From positions 1 to 49,007 of the forward strand of contig CBDBIJ010000068.1 in the NCBI GenBank assembly GCA_965205655.1: 49,007 bases of DNA. The letters are read 5' to 3'. This stretch comes from Candidatus Latescibacterota bacterium. Lineage in GTDB: Bacteria > Latescibacterota > UBA2968 > UBA8231. A model generated the notes under the pieces. The model was given only the letters and a program-made list of their open reading frames with translations, made no database searches and was not told where the DNA came from. Numbering within the stretch: position 1 is the first letter of the stretch; each line of letters begins with the position of its first letter. The position numbers and the translations under genes are program-made. Positions 38,001 to 46,425 of the stretch are shown in pieces.

Positions 38001-41000
38001 TGACCAGCGGAGATAACCAGGTGTCCGCGGAGGAGGATGTGGGTATCGACGGACGCGACGACGAGGAAGAGCTGAACTACTATCTCGCTCGTGCCGGCGA
38101 GGACACGACCGGCTCCCGCGAAGACCGAGTGGCGCTGTTCAGGGCCAATATCGAGCTGGATGGAAGGGACCCGGGGGATCCGGAGGGTGACAACTGGGAC
38201 TTCGATCGGGGCCGCAAGCACGACAACAGCCGGATCAATGGGACGCAGGGAAACAGACTCAAGGACAACGCCATTCGTCCGGATACCGAGGATATCAACC
38301 AGGACGGCATTCTCAACACGAGTAACGACTACTTCCACTACACGATTGATCTGGCCGCCGATGCTCACGTGCCGGGCACGCAGAGCAACGGCTGGCGCCT
38401 CTACCGGCGGCCGCTGTATGACGAGCGGGTCGGGCGCGTGGGATCGCCCAATTCGAGCCGCATCGAGTACGGTCGGCTTGTTTTCGTCAGCGACGCCGGC
38501 GGCGCCGAGGAGCCGGCCAAGGTCGAAATCGCCCAGATCGAGATCATCGGCAACGACTGGCAGGAGGACGATCTCGTCGTCCTGGAGGACAGCATGCCCC
38601 TCGGAGAGGATGAGAGCTTCAATGTGACCGTGATCGGTACGGACGAAAACCAAACCTACAAGCCGCCGGAGTCGGTCAAACGGAGGCGCATCAGGAATTC
38701 GAGAGCGCGGGAACGCGAGCAGTCGCTCGTGCTCGAGTACGAGAATCTCGACAGCGGGCACCAGGTCTCGGCGACGAAGGTGCTGTCGCGCACCGCGGAC
38801 TACACGAAGTACACCCGGCTCAAGATGTTCGTCCACGGCGACTCCAGTGACACCTACGTGGTCGAAATCGATTCGAGCGACCTGGAAATGTTCGTTCGCT
38901 TCGGGCGGGACAGCACCAACTACTACGAGTTTGCAACCAGAATCTTCAAGGGCTGGGACACGCGCAACGAAGTCGATATCGATCTGCTGACGATGTCCGC
39001 GCTGAAGGCGGAGTTGGAACGAGGCCTCTTCGATTCTCTCGGCCAGCGTGTCACCGTCCTCGATTCCGTCGTCGTCCACCCCGATTTCCGCGGCGGTACG
39101 CCGGCGCGCTACCGGGTGCGCGGCAGTCCGTCGATGCAGCAGATCAGACAACTGACACTCGGGGTGCGCAACCGCGGCGACATGGGGGTCTACAGCGGCC
39201 GTGTCTACGCCGACGAGTTGCGCCTCGACGAGGCCCGCAACGATGCCGGTCTGGCGCTCTACGGCAGCATCAAGGCCGGTCTCGCCGATCTGGCGAGCGT
39301 CAACGGCTCTGTCGAATGGAGGGGCGAGAACTACCGCACGATCTCGAACCCCGGGCGCAATAAGACCAGCATGAAGACGTCGCTGGCGACGACGTCGAAT
39401 ATGGACAAGTTCCTGCCGGGTAGCTGGGGATTCACCATCCCGGTCAAGGCGACGTTCAACCAGCAGGCCAGTCTGCCGCGCTTCAGGCCCAGCTCGGACG
39501 TGGAGCTGACAAGCGCGCAGAAGCAGGAGCTCAAGACGCAGAGCACGAAGCAGCTGTACGAGATCTCCATCAGCAAGCGGGGTGGCAAGACCTGGCTGCT
39601 GCGCTGGACGATCGATCAGATGAATCTGCGATTGTCGAAGACGCGGGAGCGGGGATTCTCGCCGACGAATCCCGTGAAGGACAGGGACGCGGAAACCATA
39701 AGCTTCGCCTACAAGATGCCGGTTCCAGTCGCCACGGTTCCGTTCATGCGGTGGCTGCCGGAGTTTGCTCCGAAGGGGATAAGGAAGGCGGACCTGCGCT
39801 ATCTGCCGACGACCCTCAACTACTCCCTGAACGTGAATCGACTCGATACCGCCAATCAAAGGGTTGGCGCCGATACGACCTTCAAGGAAACATTCGATAT
39901 GAAGGAGACCTACACTGCCAAGGTGAATCCAGTCAAGTCACTGTCGGGGAACTACAGCCTGCAGGTGAATCGCGATCTGCGCAAGAAATACGCGCCCAAG
40001 AGCCTGAGCTTCGGCAGCGAGGTGCAGCGCAACCAGAAGGCGGATACGAAGCTGACGCTGCGACTGGTTAAATGGCTCGATCAGAACTACACGTTTCAGG
40101 CGAACTACGAGGAGATCGGCGACCCGAGACGCCGACGCGCCCAGGCGCTCGTCGACACTCTGACAGGGCAGCCGATCCGCACGCGGGACATCACGAGCAA
40201 GAACACACTGTCGGCGCGAGTGAACATCAAGCTGCCCCAGCTGCTCAAGAGCGTCGGTGGACGCGGGAGCGGCAAGAAGGGGAAAGACGACAGTGGCAAA
40301 AGCGTTGCTCTCTGGAAACGGACCTTCCAACTAGCCGGTGGCCGGTTGGAGCCTATCAGCACTTCATGGCGGCGCAACCTAGACGCCCGCAATTTCAGCG
40401 TCACCGAGCGGGCATCGCTGCTGTATCAACTGGGCATCGAAGAAAGCCTCAACGTGACGCGGGCCTCGGTGGGCCTGACGCAGCAAGACCAGTGGAGCAA
40501 GAGCACGAACTCCGAGGTGTCGAGCGGTCTGCGCCTGCCCCTGGGAGTCAGCGTCAAACCGAGCCTCAAGCGGGAGCGAACGAGGCGGAGCGGCAGCACC
40601 CAGACGCGGCTGCGAGTGAAGGAGCAGTTATTTTTTCCGCGTATCAGTGTGAACTGGGGTCGAGCGGGCAATCTCCCGTATCTCAAGCGAGTCATGAATA
40701 ATGCCACGATGAACGCGCAGTACAATGTAACCCAGACGAAAGAGGGAGAGGGAAGCCTGGACTCCCGCCACCTGATCCAGAAGAGCGACTCGAGGGAGGT
40801 GTCCGTCACCTGGTCAGGTCAATGGCGCATCGGTCCAGTGACGACAATCAAGTTCAAGCGGTCGTCGGGCGACGATGTCGATTTCGAACTGGCGAGCAGT
40901 ATCGATTCGTCGTTTGTCGAAGGAGCCACGCCGCCGGTGAGGGGAACGGGCAAGAGTGTGAAGAGATCAACTTCCTTAGAAACGAAGTACAATCTACGGC

Positions 41001-41281
41001 CCAGGTCGCTGCCACTGTTCGGCAAGCTGAAGAGCAGCGTCGATCTGGTGTTCAAGGTGAACCGCTCCTCGGACAGGCGGTCGAGCGGCTCGGGGGTCCA
41101 GGAGCAGGCCCCAATCTCCGCCAAAGACGCGACCAAGCTGGAACTGAAGGCGACCTACAAGTTCAGCGACACCTTCCGCGGCAACGGCGTTATTCGCTAC
41201 GAGAACAACACGAATGGTCTCACCGATCGCACCAGAAAGATCCGAGAAGTGCGGATGGCGGGCACCTTCATCTTCCGCTAA
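35069..41281 (+). CDS. sprA: SprA/Sov family type IX secretion system outer-membrane translocon
   Basis: 2070 aa with signal peptide; 'NQIKLDYKGNEDDIFREIQAGNTTLALP', 'GLFGI', 'YIDDFEGS', 'WYN', 'LHVDLGAIDED', 'PDTEDINQDG', 'FVRFG.D..NYYE', 'DELRL'; beta-rich C-terminus. Confidence 0.9.
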   Translation: MRDFSTRRNILRCARPHFGGGRVAPSVCAVGAVLAMSLFAGRLEAQLLPGSLRDATKRFRSETTKLDSIEAPRLRLPALYGPLADLFSDPPSYGPIGEGQPLLRRLFGSGLLEKSTPFASKNVSVDSAGMHYTRNTAGFAVGAPLTVPFQWYLDRGYEHTSRQRWMQIAGGEFKSSVVGQRGRTGRSGGRLSWHVPIPAPAPIRRFIGEEGSLKINGSHTATISGKSSWTAGEVQTLAGRPSKFPALGMTQESKFRVEGKVGEAVHIVIDQDTQQLGTGVSASSFRDQFRDQLANQIKLDYKGNEDDIFREIQAGNTTLALPSTRFVGFSQQHKGLFGIRAKGRVGPLGFTMIASHEKSESNRQTFRGGAVVDTTKIQDFRYLRSTYFWLDRRYRERLGDFREVDQGFPSDFVADDVIDESSLVVYINDFNVNNDAQDLAKTGVALVDPNAPADERTGHFEEGTWHQLDPDDDYTLLREFGYILLRRAVPDRHALAVRYRTRGGEVFGSGGDQLQLKLIKARDMRPEFPTWDLEWKNVYKIVSGFARGRKFERDRIRVEVLLEVPGTDPVSTQNGDNFLGLMGLDERGQDPGTRPDQIIDADYIGLDDSRGHLIFPDLTPFAPQHAKYNKLDERVPAIYASHQQRDKDEASRYIVQVINSSAQQRINLSRGRLAGIDPQSVEVRLNGRRLDRGRDFNVSMLGEVTFTGTAEQDVADPGADLEITFESQDLIGLGSQQKTLLGTRAQYEFWDGDGNIGTTILYNNVRSVDRRVRVGAEPVRTVVWDTDIRARFEAPVLTRVVDALPRVKTVARSDVTIQAEVAQSRPNLNTRGQGYIDDFEGSERPEILSVLRQRWTLSSRPKDPLFDDADRSRMIWYNPFDKIQRTEIWPGQEDLFESRNNNTDILVLELTPLEDGAELWNAVMTSWTGGVRDFSQAKFLEIWVRGDVGQLHVDLGAIDEDLIANGILDTEDEPFAGLTSGDNQVSAEEDVGIDGRDDEEELNYYLARAGEDTTGSREDRVALFRANIELDGRDPGDPEGDNWDFDRGRKHDNSRINGTQGNRLKDNAIRPDTEDINQDGILNTSNDYFHYTIDLAADAHVPGTQSNGWRLYRRPLYDERVGRVGSPNSSRIEYGRLVFVSDAGGAEEPAKVEIAQIEIIGNDWQEDDLVVLEDSMPLGEDESFNVTVIGTDENQTYKPPESVKRRRIRNSRAREREQSLVLEYENLDSGHQVSATKVLSRTADYTKYTRLKMFVHGDSSDTYVVEIDSSDLEMFVRFGRDSTNYYEFATRIFKGWDTRNEVDIDLLTMSALKAELERGLFDSLGQRVTVLDSVVVHPDFRGGTPARYRVRGSPSMQQIRQLTLGVRNRGDMGVYSGRVYADELRLDEARNDAGLALYGSIKAGLADLASVNGSVEWRGENYRTISNPGRNKTSMKTSLATTSNMDKFLPGSWGFTIPVKATFNQQASLPRFRPSSDVELTSAQKQELKTQSTKQLYEISISKRGGKTWLLRWTIDQMNLRLSKTRERGFSPTNPVKDRDAETISFAYKMPVPVATVPFMRWLPEFAPKGIRKADLRYLPTTLNYSLNVNRLDTANQRVGADTTFKETFDMKETYTAKVNPVKSLSGNYSLQVNRDLRKKYAPKSLSFGSEVQRNQKADTKLTLRLVKWLDQNYTFQANYEEIGDPRRRRAQALVDTLTGQPIRTRDITSKNTLSARVNIKLPQLLKSVGGRGSGKKGKDDSGKSVALWKRTFQLAGGRLEPISTSWRRNLDARNFSVTERASLLYQLGIEESLNVTRASVGLTQQDQWSKSTNSEVSSGLRLPLGVSVKPSLKRERTRRSGSTQTRLRVKEQLFFPRISVNWGRAGNLPYLKRVMNNATMNAQYNVTQTKEGEGSLDSRHLIQKSDSREVSVTWSGQWRIGPVTTIKFKRSSGDDVDFELASSIDSSFVEGATPPVRGTGKSVKRSTSLETKYNLRPRSLPLFGKLKSSVDLVFKVNRSSDRRSSGSGVQEQAPISAKDATKLELKATYKFSDTFRGNGVIRYENNTNGLTDRTRKIREVRMAGTFIFR

Positions 41282-41712
41282 ATTCGACGTTCAATCGCCG
41301 TGAACAGATTGCCCTGTTGTTCCTGTCCGCTTCGTTGCTGGTGGGCAGCGTCGCGACTGTTGTCGACTACTACGACCCCGACCGCCTCGAGGATTTCAGG
41401 GTCGTAAAGAGTGCCGTCGAAGTTCCCAGCGAGCCGCCGGCCAGCGACGGCGCCGATGAGAGCGACGAGGGGGAAGGGGAGAGCCCTGCCGGAACGACGG
41501 AGGTTCACGCGTCCCCTTCCGCCGTGTCCATCAACACGGCGACTGTCGCCCAGCTAACCACCCTGCCTTCCATCGGTCCGGCGACAGCGGCGCGCATCGT
41601 CGAGTACCGGTCGCACCACGGACGCTTCACATCGCTCGAGGCGCTCCAAGCGGTGAATGGGATCGGGCCGCGCACCGTCGAGAAGCTGCGGTCCTTCACC
41701 TCCCTCGAGTGA
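41282..41712 (+). CDS. comEA: ComEA-family helix-hairpin-helix DNA-binding protein (start codon not evident)
   Basis: N-terminal TM 'REQIALLFLSASLLVG', 'SINTATVAQLTTLPSIGPATAARIVEYR', 'GRFTSLEALQAVNGIGPRT'. Confidence 0.85.
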
Positions 41713-42722
41713 GGCGAGGGTGCTCGACTGTCATCCTGCGCACGCCAAGGTGGTTGAGAGACGTGTTCGGATCCAAGCAGAAACGGGCCACCGGCATCCA
41801 CTTCGGTGATGAGGCACTCCATCTCGTCGAGCTCTCCGCAGTGCGCGCGGGCACCCAGCTGGAGAGCGTCGCGCGCATGGATCTGCCGGCAGGAATCCGG
41901 TCACTGTCGCCAGCGGATCCCCTTCTGCAAGACGTCGTCGTCGGCCTTCTGCGTCAGACCCGCACGGAGTACGGCATCCTTTTCCAGAATACCTACATGG
42001 CGCTTCACAACCGCTCTTATCTGCTCAAGCGGCGTCCGCTCGTCGCCGGCGGAGCCGGCGAGAATCGGGAGCAACTCGAGTGGGAGGCGCGTCAATTTCT
42101 CAGTGACGAAGACGAGTCTGCGGAGTTCACGCTGGATTTTCTGCTGACGCGCCGGTTCGGATTCGTCGTGGCAGCGCGACGGGCGGCCATCGAAAGCGCA
42201 CGTTCGATGTGTCGCGATGCGAATATCGAAAGGCCGGGATTCGACGTGGCTCCATTCGCGCTGTTCAACGCGCTGGAGTCGAGCGGGGTGGCCTCGGCCG
42301 GGGGCAGGGAACTCCTCGTGGATATGGATCGGCTGGCGGCGCGGCTGGTGATGCTCGCAGACGGCGAGCTCGCCGGCGTGGAGACGTGCCGTTGGGACCA
42401 ACGAGCCCCGGACTTTCACTCGGATGACGACGGCGACGGGACAGCGGACGAAGACGAGCTCGATCCGCAGGAGCAGGTCGCTCTCGTCGTAAAGGCCATG
42501 GACAGGCTGGCGGCCGAGGGTGACGACTGGCGCGCCGATCGCATCTGGCTCACAGGAGAGGGCGCGGCGCACTGGTGCGGACCTCTCGCCGAGGAAACGT
42601 CGCTGCCGGCCGAGCCGTTGAATCCGTTCGGCGCTATCGACAGAAGCGAGACCGCACCAGACGCCGAGGGCCCCGCGTTCGCCACCGCGGCTGGCCTCGC
42701 CTTCCGCGGACTAGCGGAGTGA
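41709..42722 (+). CDS. PilM-like actin-fold type IV pilus assembly protein
   Basis: 'TGIHFGDEALHLVEL', 'QLEWEARQFL', 'FDVAPFALFN', 'RIWLTGEGA', 'LNPF', 'FATAAGLAFRGL'. Confidence 0.7.
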   Translation: MRRGCSTVILRTPRWLRDVFGSKQKRATGIHFGDEALHLVELSAVRAGTQLESVARMDLPAGIRSLSPADPLLQDVVVGLLRQTRTEYGILFQNTYMALHNRSYLLKRRPLVAGGAGENREQLEWEARQFLSDEDESAEFTLDFLLTRRFGFVVAARRAAIESARSMCRDANIERPGFDVAPFALFNALESSGVASAGGRELLVDMDRLAARLVMLADGELAGVETCRWDQRAPDFHSDDDGDGTADEDELDPQEQVALVVKAMDRLAAEGDDWRADRIWLTGEGAAHWCGPLAEETSLPAEPLNPFGAIDRSETAPDAEGPAFATAAGLAFRGLAE

Positions 42723-42723
42723 C

Positions 42724-43677
42724 GTGATCAAGATCGAGCTCGAAAGCCGAGGTTTTCCCACCGCCCGCCTCGGCCTCATGGCGCTGGTCGCCATCCTCGC
42801 CGCCATGGGGCTGGTGAGTTTGTATCAAAGCGCAGTCAGCGGTCAGCTCATGCGGGCGGGGAGCGACGTGGTCGGCTGGAAAGACGCTTTGAGCTTCGAT
42901 CTGTTCGGTGACGAAATCGACACGACCGAGATCTCAACGCCCGTCGTGATCGAGGGAGCTGCCCCGGTCGAAACCTACTCCAGTGTCGCGACGCCGACGG
43001 AGGCAGTCGCAGGTGTCGGAACAGGGAGCGACTCGTCGGACCGGCGCGTGGGCGGCGGGAGCCGCGCCGCTGCGCAACACACGACAGCTTGCAGGAAAGC
43101 TTTGACGCTCTACCAGCAACTACCGCCGCCGATACGATTCACGTCACTGAGCGGAAAGTCCACTGGCGAGTACACCATCGAGGGATTCAGTCCGGCCGCA
43201 GACGTGGTCGCGCTGTTCGATTTCCTCGACACGCTCAAGCAACTGCCGTCAAAAGTGAGCCTTTCCTACTGGAGAGAGGGGCAGGTGCTCGACAACACGC
43301 TCTACAAATTCACCTTTCACGGTCGTTTCCTCGACAATGAGAGCGAACCGATGGCTTCCATCGGCGATGCCCAGGCCACCGCATTTTTCGAGCAGGTCAC
43401 CAAGAAAGCGCGTCAGGGCGGTCTGGATTCGGTGACTGCTGAAACTCCGATCGACGTCCCCATCTCCTCTCAGCTCACACAGAGGCGCCAAAAAATCTGG
43501 GCCAACGGTTCATTCCGGCAGATCGCGGGCTTCGCGGAATCGCTGCAGCAGCTGCTACCACAGTCGACACTCAGCGAGATTTTGGTCGTGCCCGTCGCGG
43601 GGAGACAGGCGAGGGGGGGCGAATCTGCACAGCTATACGCCGCCATAGACGTGCTCGTCAGCACCCCGGGTCAATGA
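42724..43677 (+). CDS. PilN/PilO-like bitopic membrane protein
   Basis: 'MIKIEL' (resembles the PilN 'INLL' position), one TM, 'LPPPIRFTSLS...YTIEGFS' ferredoxin-like unit, second unit 'NGSFRQIAGFAESL'; follows the pilM-like gene. Confidence 0.5.
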   Translation: MIKIELESRGFPTARLGLMALVAILAAMGLVSLYQSAVSGQLMRAGSDVVGWKDALSFDLFGDEIDTTEISTPVVIEGAAPVETYSSVATPTEAVAGVGTGSDSSDRRVGGGSRAAAQHTTACRKALTLYQQLPPPIRFTSLSGKSTGEYTIEGFSPAADVVALFDFLDTLKQLPSKVSLSYWREGQVLDNTLYKFTFHGRFLDNESEPMASIGDAQATAFFEQVTKKARQGGLDSVTAETPIDVPISSQLTQRRQKIWANGSFRQIAGFAESLQQLLPQSTLSEILVVPVAGRQARGGESAQLYAAIDVLVSTPGQ

Positions 43678-43732
43678 GAGCCCGCAAAGGGCTCTTTAGC
43701 CCGCGAACGGCTCTTCGACAAGGAGACTAAAT

Positions 43733-44215
43733 ATGACCCACGCCATCTACCCAGGCAGTTTCGACCCCATCACGTTCGGGCACCTCAACATCATCGAAAG
43801 GGCCCTCGGCATCTTCGACGAGATTACCGTGCTGATAGCCGTCAATCCCGACAAGGAGCCATTGTTCCCGATCGAGGATAATCTGGAGATGATTCGCGAG
43901 GCGACCCGGCAATGGCCGCAGGTGACGGTGGACCATACGGACGGACTGCTAGTGGATTACGCCAAAGAGCGCGGGATTCACAGCGCCGTGCGGGGACTGA
44001 GGGCCGTCACCGATTTCGAGACGGAGTTTTCGATGGCACTTACCCATCGCAGCCTGTGGTCGGAGTTCGACACCGTCTACCTGATGACGAGCTCGGAGTA
44101 CATGTACCTCCATTCATCCGTCGTGCGGCAGGTAGCGCGCATGGGAGGTGACGTCAGCAAATTCGTGCCAGTCGGCGCTGTGCGTCGATTGGAAGGACGA
44201 TTCGGAAAACGCTGA
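43733..44215 (+). CDS. coaD: Pantetheine-phosphate adenylyltransferase
   Basis: 'AIYPGSFDPITFGHLNII', 'VRGLRAVTDFE', 'SSVVR', 'GGDVSKFVP'. Confidence 0.97.
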   Translation: MTHAIYPGSFDPITFGHLNIIERALGIFDEITVLIAVNPDKEPLFPIEDNLEMIREATRQWPQVTVDHTDGLLVDYAKERGIHSAVRGLRAVTDFETEFSMALTHRSLWSEFDTVYLMTSSEYMYLHSSVVRQVARMGGDVSKFVPVGAVRRLEGRFGKR

Positions 44216-44227
44216 GAAGGTTCGGGG

Positions 44228-45248
44228 ATGTTCATCGACGAAGTGACAATAACGGCCAGGTCCGGTGCCGGCGGCGATGGATGCATGAGCTTCCGGCGGG
44301 GAGAAGTTCGTGCCGCGAGGCGGGCCGGACGGAGGGGACGGCGGCGACGGGGGGAGGATCATCCTGCGGGCCGACGACAACCTCGCCACGTTGGTGGATC
44401 TGCGCTACAGATCACTCATCAAAGCCGGCCGGGGAATGCATGGCAAAGGCAAGGCCCTGACCGGGGCGAAGGGAAAGGACGCGGAGATTCGAGTGCCGCC
44501 GGGCACTATCGTGAGGTCGGACACCGGGGAGCTGATCGTCGATCTGGTGGAAGGGGGACAATCATTCGTTTTCCTCGACGGGGGCAGGGGGGGCCGCGGC
44601 AACGCCCGCTTTGCCACTTCGACGAACCGGGCGCCGCGACGAGCCGACAGCGGCGCGCCGGGCGCGGAGGCGACGGTGCGGCTAGAGCTCAAATTGCTGG
44701 CCGACGTGGGGCTGGTCGGTTTCCCCAACGCCGGGAAGTCGACGCTGCTGTCGAGGTTGTCGGCTGCTCATCCCAAGATCGCGGACTATCCCTTTACTAC
44801 GCTAGAGCCGCATCTCGGCATCGTGCGCTGGGCGGAGTACGAGAGCTTCGTCATGGCCGATCTGCCCGGGCTGATCGAAGGAGCGCACAAAGGCAAGGGA
44901 CTGGGAACGAGGTTTCTCAAGCACATCGAGCGCACAGGAATGCTCCTGTTCCTGATCGACAGCACCGCCGATGACACACAGGAGCAACTGGGGTCGCTGC
45001 AGGGTGAACTCGAACAGTACAATCCGGGTCTGCTCGAAAAGCCGTACGCCGTGGCCTTCACAAAACTGGATCTGCGCGGCCCTCACGCGGAGGAGGGGGA
45101 AGACCACCACCTGCAGCAACTCGGGGCAGCGGTCCCCGTGTTTGGCATTTCCGCAGTTTCCGGCGAGGGATTGGACCGACTGGTAAGGTATCTCGGTGCA
45201 GAAGTGAAGAGCCGACGAGCTCGGCCTCCCGAGCTCACTACCTCATGA
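44228..45248 (+). CDS. obgE: GTPase ObgE/CgtA (one +1 frameshift in the G-run near 44298)
   Basis: 'MFIDEVTI...GAGGDGCMSFRR' then shifted 'EKFVPRGGPDGGDGG'; G1 'GFPNAGKST', 'YPFTT', 'DLPGLIEGA', 'TKLD'. Confidence 0.95.
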
Positions 45249-46245
45249 CAGGGAACGTCGCCATTGGGAGTCGCCTCATCAGGGTGGCCGACTCTTCGTA
45301 TCCCCAATCCCTGAGACACATCCACGCCCCGCCGGCGCGCCTTTTCGCGGCAGGGCGAGCCGCGGCGTGGAACGCGCCGTGCGTGGCAATCGTGGGATCG
45401 CGAAGAGCGACAGGATACGGGCGCGGTGTGGCGCGCGAGCTCGCCTCGCAACTGGCAGCGCGGGGCCTGTGTGTCGTAAGCGGCCTGGCGCGAGGCGTCG
45501 ACACCGCGGCACACGAAGGCGCGCTCGATGTGGGCGGCCTCACAGTGGCGGTCCTGGGGTGCGGGCTCGACGTCGTCTATCCTCCCGAGAACGACGGCCT
45601 GCTGCGGCGCATCGCCGAGAGCGGCGGCGCGGTGATCTCCGATTTTCCGATGGGCACGCCGCCAGGCAAGGCGACATTTCCGCAGCGCAACCGCATCATC
45701 AGCGGCCTGAGCCTCGGAGTTATCCTGATCGAAGCGCCGTCGCGAAGCGGAGCCCTGATCACGGCGCGTCACGCCGTCGAGCAGAGCCGAGAGGTGTTCG
45801 CCGTTCCCGGCAACGTGACGAGCCGGCTCAGCGATGGCTGCCACGCCCTGATCAAGGATGGGGCAGTCCTCGTTCGTTCGGTGGAGGACGTGCTGGAAGA
45901 GCTGAAGTACCACCTGCCCGAGGAAGCACTGGTGAGCCCGGCTGCCGCGGCTGACCCGAATACAGACGGGCGAAATGTGGGCGGTTCACCGAGTGCGGAC
46001 GGCCGCGAGCCTGGAGGCTGAGAGCCTACCGGCTCGTTGAAGATGCGGCGATGGCGAGCGCCACCTCCTGGCGCTGATCGGTTTCGGAGCCGGCGCACCT
46101 CGATGAGCTGGCTCGCGCGAGCTGCATGCCGGCGGGCCAGCTGCTGGACGCGTTGCTGCGGCTGGAGCTGGCCGGGCTGGTGAATCAGTTGCCGGGTAAG
46201 GTGTTTCGGCGCAGGACTCAGCTATCGTCTGGAGGGGCGATCTGA
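45245..46245 (+). CDS. dprA: DNA-processing protein DprA (frameshifts in the linker at about 45970-46080)
   Basis: 'VAIVGSR', 'VVSGLARGVD', 'FPQRNRIISGL', 'SGALITA', 'REVFAVPG'; out-of-frame C-terminal wHTH 'HLDELAR...LLRLELAGLVNQLPGKVF' ending TGA 46243-46245. Confidence 0.92.
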
Positions 46246-46425
46246 ATCAGGTCCGTCTGCTCTCCATCTGAGTTATCAGAGCGAGACCTCGGCGGTTCAC
46301 AACTGCCGTCGGCGCAGCCACACGCCGCCGCGATTCTGGATGCGAAGGGTCCTGATGACGTACCAAACCGCCCAGGCGCCGCAGCCGGCGGCGATCAGAC
46401 CGGCGATGATTTCCTGCAGACTCAT
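46218..46425 (-). CDS. FeoB-associated Cys-rich small membrane protein (one +1 frameshift near 46330)
   Basis: 'MSLQEIIAGLIAAGCGAWAVWYV' TM, then shifted 'CGCADGSC...DLIQIAPPDDS*'; ATGA overlap with the feoB stop. Confidence 0.75.

Noticed and set aside
37871..39859. 662-aa minus-strand ORF
   Set aside because: Lies wholly antisense to sprA and has no recognisable domain.
40822..41281. Long N-terminal extension of comEA inside sprA
   Set aside because: Alternative-frame overlap with the sprA 3' end; ComEA-like sequence begins only after the sprA stop.
44280..44310. Programmed frameshifting in obgE and other split genes
   Set aside because: No shared slippery heptamer or stimulatory structure; the consistent +1 pattern across unrelated genes fits sequencing error.
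46019..46021. TGA ending the dprA ORF as a possible selenocysteine codon, given selA nearby
   Set aside because: The missing C-terminal domain is in a different frame and DprA has no catalytic Cys here. I found no convincing Sec-UGA in the window.
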